A DNA stretch of 53,709 nucleotides. It comes from a candidate division FCPU426 bacterium (lineage in GTDB: Bacteria > Oederibacteriota > Muellerivitia > Muellerivitales > Muellerivitaceae). The stretch covers positions 1 to 53,709 of the forward strand of contig CAWHOE010000071.1 in the NCBI GenBank assembly GCA_963830915.1, in the 5' to 3' direction. Positions within the stretch are counted from its first letter, which is position 1. Each line of letters opens with the position of its first letter. The notes under the pieces were generated by a model, which saw only the letters and a list, made by a program, of their open reading frames with translations, was not told the origin of the DNA and made no database searches. A program made the translations under genes and the position numbers. Shown piece after piece: positions 27,806 through 38,025 of this stretch.

Positions 27806-29947
27806 TTATTTACCAACCGCATTCGGCGTCAAGGGGCCGGGAGTTTTGGCTCCCAATAGCTGTCCCAATAGTTCTTTGGAGGGTGTGAGGTCCAGGGGCG
27901 CTTGGGTCGCCAGTGTTAAGGCCCATTTGGCTTCTTCCGTCCGGCCTACCGTTAGAAGAAGGCTCCCTAATTTGAAGCACAGGTCAGCAGTGGGGTAACC
28001 CCTTTGGATGGCGTTTCGATAAGCCAAAAGATGGGAAGAAAAGTCCAGTTTCTCATACTCAAAAGAAGCGGTCTTGTCCCAGTAGACCGATTCCAGGAAC
28101 CGATCTCCCTCCGCCAGGGGTTCGGCCTCCTGGAGTATCTGCAACAGGGGGGGGATGGAGACCCAGTTCTGCAAGAACCTTTCCTGGTCGGTCCTTTGGA
28201 GAACCTGATGGAACTGGAACCAGTTTTTCAGGATCGAGCGGTTCGAATCCGTGACAGGGATGACGCCCAACAGATGGCCGCCGTCGGGCAACCCCAAGTC
28301 ATGTCCGACCTCCCACCAACGGGCGTCGGGGAATCGCTCTTTCAGGTAGGGCTGGTAATGGACGTTCACAAAGATGGCGGCCCAATGGGAAATGTCCGGG
28401 TCCAGGCCCGGGGTTCGGGCCGAGTTGAAAGGAGTGGTCATCACGGACAGGGTAGGTTCATTATACGATTCCGGGTCCAAGTCGGTCAGGATCATACCGG
28501 GGCCCGCTTCCAGCCACATGGTGTTCAGGACATGGTAGGCTCGGAACCGTTCGATGGACTTCGCGGGTCGCCCGAAATTCTCTGGGTGTTTTTGGTATTC
28601 CGCCAAGGGCAGGACGAGGTTGGTCAAGTCCATGGCCGCGGAAGCAAGAAGGACCAGAATCAACAGGGGGACATGAAGTCGAGAAGCTATGCGGGATAGG
28701 AGGGAAAGCATTCCCGCGAGAGTGATGAAAAAGAGCAAGGGCATGATCTGAACGATCCGGAAAGCTTCCACGTTCAAGGAGAGAAGGCCCGGCAGGAGCA
28801 GGACAAGGAATCCCCCCAAAAGCCATCGAACGAAAGGCCGTTTACGTTCCGCGATCAACCCCAAAAGCCCGATCAGGAAAAAGGAACCCATTAATGGGTT
28901 CAGGAATCCCCCGTACGAGGAGGTATAAGCGGTCCCATTGTCATAAGTGCCCCAAAGCAGACAGGAAAAATAACGCCAAAAAGCTGAAAGGGGGCTGGTG
29001 CCAGTGCCGCTCCCGCCCCAGGAAGATACCGATATCAAATGCTGGCCATAACCTTCTCTCAAGGCGGATATCCAAAAGGGGGAGGAGGCCAGGATCAGGG
29101 CACCGAGGAACCAAGGATATATCCTTTTGGAATTTTTCCCCCTAAGGTTTACCCGCCAGAACACCAGGATCAGGACCAGGGCCGCGACGGGCCATGGTGT
29201 GAAACTGAGGAAGCCCAGACCGATCGAGAATCCCAAAGCGACCGCCCAAACTTTCCGGGAACCGTTCGTCCCGCTTTTCAAGTAGAGACCCAGGCAGACC
29301 AGGCTCAGGAAACAGAACAAGGGAATGGTCATTCCCTGGTGGCAGATCCTTCCGATCAATAACGGCCAATACCCGATGGATAATAAGCAAGCGAACAGGA
29401 ATGCCGAACCACGAGGAAGGAAAAGTCGGGCGGACCAATATCCCATTAGAACTGTTACGAAGGAAACCATCGCGGCCGGCAGCCAAAGGCTTAGGAAAGG
29501 GTTCAGCCCGGCCTTGAACCCAAGGGCAGCCAGCCAGACGGTCAGGGGAGGGGTTTGGCCGAAAGTGTAAAAGAATTTCCAGCGCCAGTTCCGGCTGAGT
29601 TCCAACGCCAGGGTGCCGATCCAGCCCTCATCCAGGTTGGGCCAGCCCGCCAGGGTTTGAAGGCGGTAGAAACGCAGGAACAGCGCCAGGGCGAGGACCA
29701 AGACCAAAGCCCAGGATGGGATAGGTTTTAAATATTCCTTCTCATACCAAGGCATCTGTCCTGAGGGAACGGTTTCATCGGTTCGAATTGCGATGTAAAA
29801 GGGAAGGAAAACGCCGAAAAGGAAAATCGCCAAAAGGACGCCGGAAGGAAGCGGCGCGTAGGACAAAATGGCATTGGCGGTCAGGAAGAGGAAGAAATAA
29901 ACCCAGGGATGGGTTTTCAGGGAAAGGTCAAGGGTAATGGCTTTCAA
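27806..29947 (-). CDS. PMT/ArnT-like membrane glycosyltransferase with C-terminal TPR-like tail
   Basis: LRFYRL..L.GWPNLDEG loop (DE motif), multi-TM, helical TPR-like end. Confidence 0.72.
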   Translation of the reverse strand: MKAITLDLSLKTHPWVYFFLFLTANAILSYAPLPSGVLLAIFLFGVFLPFYIAIRTDETVPSGQMPWYEKEYLKPIPSWALVLVLALALFLRFYRLQTLAGWPNLDEGWIGTLALELSRNWRWKFFYTFGQTPPLTVWLAALGFKAGLNPFLSLWLPAAMVSFVTVLMGYWSARLFLPRGSAFLFACLLSIGYWPLLIGRICHQGMTIPLFCFLSLVCLGLYLKSGTNGSRKVWAVALGFSIGLGFLSFTPWPVAALVLILVFWRVNLRGKNSKRIYPWFLGALILASSPFWISALREGYGQHLISVSSWGGSGTGTSPLSAFWRYFSCLLWGTYDNGTAYTSSYGGFLNPLMGSFFLIGLLGLIAERKRPFVRWLLGGFLVLLLPGLLSLNVEAFRIVQIMPLLFFITLAGMLSLLSRIASRLHVPLLILVLLASAAMDLTNLVLPLAEYQKHPENFGRPAKSIERFRAYHVLNTMWLEAGPGMILTDLDPESYNEPTLSVMTTPFNSARTPGLDPDISHWAAIFVNVHYQPYLKERFPDARWWEVGHDLGLPDGGHLLGVIPVTDSNRSILKNWFQFHQVLQRTDQERFLQNWVSIPPLLQILQEAEPLAEGDRFLESVYWDKTASFEYEKLDFSSHLLAYRNAIQRGYPTADLCFKLGSLLLTVGRTEEAKWALTLATQAPLDLTPSKELLGQLLGAKTPGPLTPNAVGK

Positions 29948-29986
29948 TGACTGGAACCTTTCGAGCCAACTATATGCCGCGTCTTG

Positions 29987-31696
29987 TCAGAGATAACTGA
30001 CCTTGCGCCGGGGTGGCTCGGGGGTAGGCAAAGGCGCTTTTTCTTTTTTCGACCTGCGGCGGGACGGTTTGTTATCCGACTTCTGCCGGTAGTGAAGCAT
30101 CAGGAGAATGCCTCCCACCAGGGCGTAGATGATGGCGAACTCTGAACCTCCCTCGCTGATGCCGAAGCAATTCTGGAAACCTCCCTCAGCGGTCAGGCGG
30201 TAGGCGTGGATCAAGCCGACGAAGGAAAGGATGGCGGCGGCGAAAGCCCACTGGGCCGCCTTCAGGAATTTGCGGTCGATCATATAGACCATCAGGGCCG
30301 CGAAGATCATAGAGGTCAGCAGGAAACCCTGACTGAGGAAGAAGACGCCCCGTATATAAAGAAGACTTCCGAATTTTTCCACCGCCGCGTAAAGGGTTGT
30401 GCCAGTGATCTGAAGGGTGGGCATGATCACGATCTGGAGCACGAAGGCCGCGAAAGCCGGGATCAGGCCGAAGGCCACGGCCAGGGCGTGGTCCTTGGGG
30501 ATCTCCTGGAAAGCCTGGGCCGTGATGATGATGGCGACCCAAAGCAGGATGCCCAGGATACATTCCTGGGGGATGACCTTCAGGAACAGGGTGACCCCGC
30601 CGAACAGGCAAAGCAGGGTAATGATGGCGCCATTGAGGATGGAATAGCCGTGACGGGCGCCCATGGCCTTCCAGCCCGGGTGGCCGATATAGATGGTCGT
30701 GGGAAAGGCGCTGCCCAAAAGACCGGCCAGCATGGTGGCGAACCCATTGGTCAACAGGGAAGAGCGGGTCAGGTAACGGTCGCCCGCGGCCTCGGCGCTT
30801 TCCAGGTTCTGGAGGGAGCCAATGACGTTGAACAAGCCCATGGGGAAGATGACCGCCAGGTATTTCCAGCCCATGGGGCTGAACATCAACCCGAAGAAGT
30901 CCCTCGGAACAAAATGAGGGGGGTAAAAGGACCAGACGATGGGATCGGTGGAGATGTTCAAGGGCACGCCGAAGATGGTATGGAACGCCCAGGCCAGGAC
31001 CGTGCCTAGCACCACCGCCAGGAAGCCGCCGGGGATGCCCAGGGGCCATTTGATCCGGGAAGAATAGGAAAGAAGGATCAGCAACATCGGGAGCAAACCT
31101 ACCAGGGGAGAGGCGAAGATCTGGAAGATGAAGCCCATGGCGATGAAGGTGATGGCGATGCCGGCCAGGGCGCAAAGCATGGCGGCCCGGGGGGTGTTGC
31201 TCCTCAGCCAATCGCCCACGAAAGCCCCGCCGATCTCCATCAATCCGTTCAAAAGGCAGGCGAAAAGGCCGGCCTTCCAGGCCATGTGCCAGTCGTTGGT
31301 CTCATGATAGACGGGCGCCATGATCAAGAAGATGAAGGCGATGAGGCTGGGGGTGTTGATGCCGAAGGGAAGGGCGGTCACGTCCGAGCGTTTGGAACTG
31401 ATGGCCAGACGGCGGGCCTGCCAGGCGTAGAAAAGGTTGCCCAAAAGGATGGAGACGGCCGCGCCCGGGAGGATCTGCCCAGTTATGAATTCGGTCGGGA
31501 TACCGCAAAAGATCTTGCAGAGAGCGCCGACGAGCATCAATTGAAGAAGATTGTCGATGAACAATCCGAAGAAGCCGTCCAGGTCGCCCTGGGTGAACCA
31601 AGGTAGGTTCTGGGGCCGGAGGGGAACGATCCATCGTAAAAAGGAAGGCTGTTTCCAAAAGCGGAGGCTATTCAGGAGCTCGGGGAATTTTTGCAT
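29987..31696 (-). CDS. NCS2/AzgA-like nucleobase permease
   Basis: GDLDGFFGLF.DN, TALPFGINTP, ESAEAAGD, FPTTIYIGHPGWKAMGAR.GYS. Confidence 0.82.
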   Translation of the reverse strand: MQKFPELLNSLRFWKQPSFLRWIVPLRPQNLPWFTQGDLDGFFGLFIDNLLQLMLVGALCKIFCGIPTEFITGQILPGAAVSILLGNLFYAWQARRLAISSKRSDVTALPFGINTPSLIAFIFLIMAPVYHETNDWHMAWKAGLFACLLNGLMEIGGAFVGDWLRSNTPRAAMLCALAGIAITFIAMGFIFQIFASPLVGLLPMLLILLSYSSRIKWPLGIPGGFLAVVLGTVLAWAFHTIFGVPLNISTDPIVWSFYPPHFVPRDFFGLMFSPMGWKYLAVIFPMGLFNVIGSLQNLESAEAAGDRYLTRSSLLTNGFATMLAGLLGSAFPTTIYIGHPGWKAMGARHGYSILNGAIITLLCLFGGVTLFLKVIPQECILGILLWVAIIITAQAFQEIPKDHALAVAFGLIPAFAAFVLQIVIMPTLQITGTTLYAAVEKFGSLLYIRGVFFLSQGFLLTSMIFAALMVYMIDRKFLKAAQWAFAAAILSFVGLIHAYRLTAEGGFQNCFGISEGGSEFAIIYALVGGILLMLHYRQKSDNKPSRRRSKKEKAPLPTPEPPRRKVSYL

Positions 31697-32057
31697 GGGA
31701 AAAGACTAAACGGCATGGCGAAGATGGTCAAGAGATTTAATCCCGGTTTTGAAGGGTTTTTGTCCATTTGCTTATTGGCGTAGCGGGGTAAAAAATCGAG
31801 CGGGCGTGCCCGTTTACCATTACCGTTTTTCGATCCGCGAGGATTAGGATCGATGGATGACATTCGTGGTAACCCCACGATTCCTCCGGAATCTTTGGGG
31901 TGACAGGCTGCTTTGTAGGGGTATTCATTATATTTTGCAGCCTGTAAAGGCAAAACATCTTGCCGATAAGAAATAAGGCAAGAAGCCGATGGAGAGTCAA
32001 GAGGGTGGACGAAAAAATCCTCTCCCCGGGGGAGGTGGAAAAAATCAGGGTAAGGTA

Positions 32058-32094
32058 TTGACACTTCCTCTGATAATCAGTATAGGTGACTATC
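32058..32094 (+). promoter_or_regulatory. Sigma70 promoter with an overlapping probable MarR operator
   Basis: TTGACA-17 bp-TATAGG; imperfect inverted repeat GATAATCA(32072)...TGACTATC(32094) straddles the -10. Confidence 0.7.
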
Positions 32095-32128
32095 TAATTC
32101 AGGCCAGCAATGGAGAAAGAGCGGAAAA

Positions 32129-32635
32129 ATGACGGCCAAGTCGCTGAAAAAACCGACAGAGGCACCGTTGCTAGACCCCCGAATATCGGAAGCTTTGCTC
32201 GGTTACCTGGGGTTCCTGTTGGGGAAGACCGGGCAAAAACTGCGGGAATTCCAGGAAGAGTGCCTGGGGCCCCTGGGGATCACGGGAAAGCATTTGGGGA
32301 TACTGAAGATCCTGCAGGAAAAGGGATCCATCAGCCAGCATGGGATCGGGCAATGCATCCATATCGATCGCACCACCATGGTGGACCTGATCGACGACAT
32401 GGAAAAAAAGGGGTTGGTCGAGAGGCGGGAACATCCCACGGACCGCAGGTCCCACGCGGTTTATATGACGGCGAAAGGAAAAGAACTCCTGCCCAAACTG
32501 CATAACCTGGCGAAAGGGGCGGAGCGGAAATTCCTTTCTTCCCTTAACCAAGCCGAGCAAAAAGAGTTCGTCCGATTGCTAAAAAAGCTGGTGTTGAGCC
32601 ACTATACGAAGCCAAGGAGTAGAGGAAGCCTATGA
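32129..32635 (+). CDS. MarR family regulator
   Basis: IDRTTMV.LID.MEKKGLVER...DRRS..VY.T.KG. Confidence 0.93.
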   Translation: MTAKSLKKPTEAPLLDPRISEALLGYLGFLLGKTGQKLREFQEECLGPLGITGKHLGILKILQEKGSISQHGIGQCIHIDRTTMVDLIDDMEKKGLVERREHPTDRRSHAVYMTAKGKELLPKLHNLAKGAERKFLSSLNQAEQKEFVRLLKKLVLSHYTKPRSRGSL

Positions 32636-34029
32636 AAATCGCGACCAGATCATTCTTGTTTTACTTGATGACCATCCCGTTTTCTCTCACCTGCGCGCAG
32701 GCGGCCAGCGATACGGCCATGACGACCCCGGTCCCGGCAGTTTCTGATGTTTCGTCCTCCGGCGCGTTGGACCTGGCCACGGCCCAAAAGGAAGCCATCG
32801 AGAATTCCCCTGCCTACCAGAAAGCGGTCAATTACGAAAGGGAGACCTCCTGGGGCCAGGTGAAGGCCTTTTCGGCGGGTTTCTTACCCCATATCTCCAT
32901 TGGGGGGAAATACTTCATGGATAATCAATATCCCCAGGAAATGGTCTCGTTGGGAACGCCTCAACTCGAATCCTTCGAGGAGAACTTTCCCATCGCAAGC
33001 CTGAGCCTGGACGCTGAGTACGATATTTTCGACGGCTTACGCAACATCCACAACTTGGACGCCGCCAACAATACCCATGAGTCGGCCAAGCTTCTTTCCA
33101 GTTGGGCCTCATTCCAACTGCAAGAACAGGTCCGCCTGGCTTTTTACAAGGCCCAGGCCGCCAAGGAACTTTCCGATATGGCGGACGAGAACGTGAAGAC
33201 CCTGGAAGACCATCTGCGCATCGTCAACGACCAGATGGAAAACGGCCAAGCCACCAAATACGACGTCCTTCGGGTCGAGGTGCAGCTTTCCGAGGCCAAG
33301 TCGGACCAGATCTCCTATCACGACAACGTGGTCCTGGCCCGGGAGAGGCTGGCCCAGGCGATGGGCCTGCCCAAGGACGACCGATCCCTTCTGGGGGACT
33401 TGCCGGTCCTGAACGCCGACGCCATCCTGTCAGGCGTCACCGAAGTGGATTTTGAGAACAGGGCCGACTTGAAAGCCAAGGAACTCATGGCCAAAGCCGC
33501 CGCGGATCAAGGCGCGGCCGCCGATTCCTTCTGGGTACCCAAGGTTTCCCTCATTGGGGAGTACCAGTGGTACAACTTGCAGGATTACATGTTCGGCGGC
33601 AGTCCGGTCAACACGGGGACTGTCAGCACCAGTTATTTCATTGGAGCCTCCGCTTCCTGGGACCTGTTGGATGGGGGCATTTCCTGGGCCCAATCCAACG
33701 AGGCCCACGAGAGGGCCAATGTCGCCAAGGACGAGCTGAACAGCGCCCAACTGCAGGCTCCCTACGATTTCGACTTCTGGAAAAGGACGCTGGTATCCAA
33801 AGTTTCCCTGTACCAAGCGAAACTGACCGACATCGACAAGGCCAAGGAAAGCGCCAGGCTGGCCACCTTAGGCTTCAAGGCCGGCACCCGCACCACCACC
33901 GATGTGTTGGACGCCGAGCTGGAGCAGTTCCGAGCCACGGCCGGACTGGTCCAAGCCCAAGTTGACGCGTTGGAAGCCCTGATCAATCTTGAAATCGCCG
34001 TAGGAAAGAAGGTCGACCATGAGCCATGA
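32632..34029 (+). CDS. TolC family outer-membrane efflux protein
   Basis: Signal peptide, two OEP repeats (G.ATKYDVLR, AGTRTTTDVLDA). Confidence 0.9.
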   Translation: MKIATRSFLFYLMTIPFSLTCAQAASDTAMTTPVPAVSDVSSSGALDLATAQKEAIENSPAYQKAVNYERETSWGQVKAFSAGFLPHISIGGKYFMDNQYPQEMVSLGTPQLESFEENFPIASLSLDAEYDIFDGLRNIHNLDAANNTHESAKLLSSWASFQLQEQVRLAFYKAQAAKELSDMADENVKTLEDHLRIVNDQMENGQATKYDVLRVEVQLSEAKSDQISYHDNVVLARERLAQAMGLPKDDRSLLGDLPVLNADAILSGVTEVDFENRADLKAKELMAKAAADQGAAADSFWVPKVSLIGEYQWYNLQDYMFGGSPVNTGTVSTSYFIGASASWDLLDGGISWAQSNEAHERANVAKDELNSAQLQAPYDFDFWKRTLVSKVSLYQAKLTDIDKAKESARLATLGFKAGTRTTTDVLDAELEQFRATAGLVQAQVDALEALINLEIAVGKKVDHEP

Positions 34030-34873
34030 GAAAAAATCGCTGTTCATCCGGGGAGCCATCGCTTTAGCCGTTCTCCTCGCGGGGTATTTCATCTGGGCGG
34101 GTTTCTTTTATGAGACGACCGACGACGCCTATGTGGAGGCTCATTCGCTGATGCTGTCAGCCCGCATCGGTGGGACGGTTCAAAAGGTCCTGGTGAACGA
34201 AAATGACAAGGTCAAGGCGGGCCAGTTGCTGGCCCAGATCGACGACCAGGATTACTCGGCAGCCTATAACCAGGTCGTCGCGGATCAATCCTCCGTGCAA
34301 GCTGATTTGGTGCAGGCGGGACAGGATTATGAGCGCATCAGCAAGCTTTATAAGGATGAGGCCGTTTCCAAGTCCGATTACGACAAGGCAGTGGCCCGCT
34401 ACCGCAACCTCCAGGCGCGATTGAAGGCGGACCAGTTCAAAGCCGACGAGGCGAAGCTGAACCTTAGCTATACCCAGATCACCGCCCCCGAGGACGGAGC
34501 CATTGCCAAGAAAGCGGTGGAGCCTGGCATGGTCATTCCTCCGGGACAGGCCCTCTTCGGATTCGTCAGCTCCGAGGAGCGATGGGTGACGGCCAATTTC
34601 AAGGAAACCCAGCTATCCCGTATCAAGCCCGGCCAGAAGGTGGACGTGAAAGTGGACGCCATCGACGGCAAAAAGTTCGAGGGCGTGGTGGATTCCATCA
34701 GTTCCGCCACCGGTTCCACCTTCACCCTGCTGCCGCCCGACAATTCCACGGGTAACTTCACCAAGGTGGTCCAACGGGTGCCGGTCAAGATCAAGCTGTT
34801 GAATTTGACCTCGGCGGACATCGATCGTTTGGGGGCGGGTCTTTCCGCGGATATTTCCGTGAAAGTGCACTGA
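34019..34873 (+). CDS. emrA: EmrA/HlyD family membrane fusion protein
   Basis: TDDAYV, WVTANFKETQL, LLPPDN.TGNFTKVVQRVPVKI. Confidence 0.92.
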   Translation: MSHEKKSLFIRGAIALAVLLAGYFIWAGFFYETTDDAYVEAHSLMLSARIGGTVQKVLVNENDKVKAGQLLAQIDDQDYSAAYNQVVADQSSVQADLVQAGQDYERISKLYKDEAVSKSDYDKAVARYRNLQARLKADQFKADEAKLNLSYTQITAPEDGAIAKKAVEPGMVIPPGQALFGFVSSEERWVTANFKETQLSRIKPGQKVDVKVDAIDGKKFEGVVDSISSATGSTFTLLPPDNSTGNFTKVVQRVPVKIKLLNLTSADIDRLGAGLSADISVKVH

Positions 34874-34885
34874 CAAAGCGATATT

Positions 34886-35000
34886 AACCACCAAGTTCAC
34901 CAAGGGCACCAAGAACATCGAACAACAATCTTGTTTTAAGAATATTTAAATTTTTTTTGGTTTTAGTTTTTTTTGGTGAACTTGGTGTCCTTGGTGGTAA
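34886..35000. repeat. CACCAAG nonamer inverted repeat, empty host copy within the operon
   Basis: accaccaagttcaccaagggcaccaag ... ttggtgaacttggtgtccttggtggt. Confidence 0.8.
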
Positions 35001-35028
35001 AAGCTGTTTTAAAAACGGGGAGAGAGCA

Positions 35029-36612
35029 ATGACGCCTGAGAAAGGCATTTCCCGGGCCGCGGTCATGATGGTCGTGACGGCGGGCCTGGCTTCCATGCTG
35101 GAGATCATCGACACCTCCATCGTGAACGTGGCCATTCCCACCATGATGGGCAACCTGGGCGCCACCCTGGATGAGATAGGCTGGGTGGTCACGGGGTATA
35201 TCATCTCCAACGCCATCGTACTGCCCATTTCGGGCTGGCTGGGTGTCCGGTTCGGACGCCGCCAATACTACATCACCTGCATCCTTATGTTCGTGGCCTC
35301 CTCGGTGGCCTGCGGCTTCGCCCCCAACCTGAATACCTTGATCATCTTCAGGGTATTCCAAGGGTTGGCGGGAGGGGCGCTCCTGCCCACGTCCCAGGCG
35401 CTTATCCAGGAAGCTTTTCCCGGCCGTTCGGGCTTGGGGAGCGCCCTCTACGGCATGGTGGTCATCATCGGTCCCACCCTGGGACCTCCCCTGGGTGGAT
35501 ACCTGACAGACCATTTCGGTTGGCGCATGATCTTCAACATCAATTTACCTCTGGGCCTTCTGACGGCTTTCCTGGCGGCCACCTATGTGACAGACTACAA
35601 AGTGGAAAAACATCATCAGGAACATCACGACCGCATGAAGAACGCGCCGGTTGATTTCATCGGGCTGGGCCTGCTGGTGGTGGGCGTGGGTTGCCTGCAG
35701 TTCCTTCTGGAACGGGGGGAGGCGGATGACTGGTTCTCTTCCCAGACCATCATCATCATGGCAGTCATCTCGGCTATCTGCATCCCGGCCTTCCTTTGGT
35801 GGGAACTGAAAGTGGAACATCCCATCGTGGACCTAAGGCTTTTCAAGAATATGGCCCTCTTCAATGGGGCTTTCCTCATGGCCTCGGTGGGCGGCATGCT
35901 TTACGCCCTGATCTTCTTCATCCCCATCTTCGCCCAGTTCATGTTGAGCATGAACGCTTCCCAGACCGGGAACCTTTTCATGCCCAGCGCCATCCTATCC
36001 GGCCTCATGATGCCCATCATCGGCATGCAAATCCAAAAGCGGGACCCACGGATGTTCATTTTCTACGGGCTTTCCTGCTCGGAGATCGCCCTGTATATGA
36101 TCGCCCACTTCTCCGCCCAGTCCACCTACTGGAACCTTTTCTGGCCCCTCCTGGTCCGGGGGGCGGGGATGTCCAGCCTGTTCGTGCCCATCAACGCGGT
36201 GGTGCTTGGGCAATTTACCGGGCCCAACCTGGGCCAGGCCGCCGGCATCATGAACCTTTCCCGCCAGATCGGGGGAAGCGTGGGGATCGCTGTTTTTGCC
36301 ACCATGTTCAAGCAGTCCCAGGACCGGGTGTACCACAATTTGACGCAGTTCATCAGCCCCCTGAACATGAACTTCAACCAATGGGCCTATAGCGCCAAGG
36401 CGATCGGGTACAAGCTTTCCAACGAGGTGGGGATGTTCAACGCCAGCAGCCTATTGGCGAAAGAGGCTTATTTCAGGGTGCAGAAACAGGCCTTTGTGGT
36501 GAGCTTTGATTACATGATGTGGATCATGGCGATCGTCTTTAGCCTGACCCTGATACCCACCTTCTTCATGCACCGCCCGGCTAAGCTGGCCAAAGCCACC
36601 GACGCTCATTAA
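35029..36612 (+). CDS. emrB: DHA2 (EmrB/QacA) MFS efflux permease
   Basis: DTSIVNVA, WVVTGY, RFGRR, GPTLGPPLGG, FNINLPLG, GEADDWFSS, RQIGGSVG. Confidence 0.92.
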   Translation: MTPEKGISRAAVMMVVTAGLASMLEIIDTSIVNVAIPTMMGNLGATLDEIGWVVTGYIISNAIVLPISGWLGVRFGRRQYYITCILMFVASSVACGFAPNLNTLIIFRVFQGLAGGALLPTSQALIQEAFPGRSGLGSALYGMVVIIGPTLGPPLGGYLTDHFGWRMIFNINLPLGLLTAFLAATYVTDYKVEKHHQEHHDRMKNAPVDFIGLGLLVVGVGCLQFLLERGEADDWFSSQTIIIMAVISAICIPAFLWWELKVEHPIVDLRLFKNMALFNGAFLMASVGGMLYALIFFIPIFAQFMLSMNASQTGNLFMPSAILSGLMMPIIGMQIQKRDPRMFIFYGLSCSEIALYMIAHFSAQSTYWNLFWPLLVRGAGMSSLFVPINAVVLGQFTGPNLGQAAGIMNLSRQIGGSVGIAVFATMFKQSQDRVYHNLTQFISPLNMNFNQWAYSAKAIGYKLSNEVGMFNASSLLAKEAYFRVQKQAFVVSFDYMMWIMAIVFSLTLIPTFFMHRPAKLAKATDAH

Positions 36613-36785
36613 GTATTTCCAAAACGAGTTGTTTTTTTCTGTTAATCCTCGTTAAAACGATTTCCTGAATCTCTTTAAAAATCCCAACTTTTTCATAAAA
36701 TTCATTATTATTTCCTCTGAAAAACCGGTTTGAACTAACCGTTTTTTACATTCCGTAGGCTTTTTCCTGCACGAAAAAGCGACAA

Positions 36786-38018
36786 GTGAAACGACCTATG
36801 AGAACCACTTTTATTAAATCCCTATTACTTCTAATGGTTTTAACCCTGTCCACTTCCCAGTTTGCCTGGGGTCAGGCAGCCTGTAATGGATGCACGACCA
36901 TCCTTTCCCAGTTTGGAATAGTGGGTGTCTCGGGTACCGCGGCCGACCAACTTTACAATCCCCGCGGGATCTGTTTTGACGGTTCCAATCTTTATGTGGC
37001 CAACGGGGTGAACAGGGACATCAGGAAATTTCCGATCGGAAGCGCGAACGCGGTCATTTTCACCGGGGTAGACCCGATCGAAAGTCCCGGGGGTTTCATC
37101 AATCCCTGGGGCGTGGCAGTGGACGGGAAGGGAAATCTATTTGTAGCCGATATCGACGGGGCCCAGGTAATGGAACTGAACGCGAATACAGGGGCCGTGG
37201 AAGAGTTGGCGTCGGTCATTCACCCGGAGGATGTAACGGTGGACACGTTGGGGAACGTGTTTATTACTAATAAGACCGTGGTCGTGGAATGGCCCGGGGG
37301 GTTGACGAACGCTCCAGTGACCATAGGAACGGTCAATGACGCCGGTGGCATTTCTTCCAGGGGAACGACCCTCTTTACCGCGGATACCGCCAACAACGCC
37401 ATCGAGGAATGGATACCCTCGGGTGGGGTTTATGACGAGTATGTGGTTTACGCGGCCCCGGTCACGGCGGGTTTTCTGGGAGTGGCCGTGGACCCCACCG
37501 GCCAGTACGCCGCCATACCTGAAGGCGCTCTCAATGTGGTTGAGTTCTTCAACATAACTTCGATCCCATGGACCAGGGTAGCGGTTTGCGTCAATCCGTC
37601 CGTGTATCAACAACCTCACGGCGTTGCCTTTGACAACTCAGGTGACCTTTATGTGAGCGAGACCAACAGCTTTGTGGCGCAGGAATTTTCTCCCATCCAA
37701 TGTCTGTCACCGACTTACTACGCGGGGGCCAATCCTCCGACACAGGGAGAAGCGTTCATCTATCCATCCCCTGTCCGAGAGGGAAACGCCACTTTTTGTT
37801 ATGACCTGAACCAATCAGGCTCGCTGGACCTGAAAATATGGAACAAGAACGGGGAATTGGCTTCCGAAGTCCGTGACCACAAACCTTCGGGTATCCAGAA
37901 CACCGCCCTCAATCTCACGACCTTCGCCACAGGTGTTTATTTTTACCAGGCGACTTTGACCTACGATTCGGGTGGAAGCCAGACCCTCAAGGTCGGGAAA
38001 TTTGCCGTGATCCATTGA
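36786..38018 (+). CDS. Secreted NHL/beta-propeller protein with T9SS-like C-terminal domain
   Basis: Signal peptide; P.G(V/I)AVD..GNL(F/Y)V repeats; IYPSPV...GVYFY...KFAVIH CTD pattern. Confidence 0.8.
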   Translation: MKRPMRTTFIKSLLLLMVLTLSTSQFAWGQAACNGCTTILSQFGIVGVSGTAADQLYNPRGICFDGSNLYVANGVNRDIRKFPIGSANAVIFTGVDPIESPGGFINPWGVAVDGKGNLFVADIDGAQVMELNANTGAVEELASVIHPEDVTVDTLGNVFITNKTVVVEWPGGLTNAPVTIGTVNDAGGISSRGTTLFTADTANNAIEEWIPSGGVYDEYVVYAAPVTAGFLGVAVDPTGQYAAIPEGALNVVEFFNITSIPWTRVAVCVNPSVYQQPHGVAFDNSGDLYVSETNSFVAQEFSPIQCLSPTYYAGANPPTQGEAFIYPSPVREGNATFCYDLNQSGSLDLKIWNKNGELASEVRDHKPSGIQNTALNLTTFATGVYFYQATLTYDSGGSQTLKVGKFAVIH

Positions 38019-38025
38019 GGCCAGC

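Noticed and set aside
4347..31211. Long antisense or alternate-frame ORFs (e.g. 4347-5279, 24458-25603, 30186-31211)
   Set aside because: Typical high-GC shadows overlapping well-supported genes
31700..32040. Purine riboswitch upstream of the NCS2 permease
   Set aside because: Small hairpins are present but no recognisable aptamer consensus; an Rfam scan would decide
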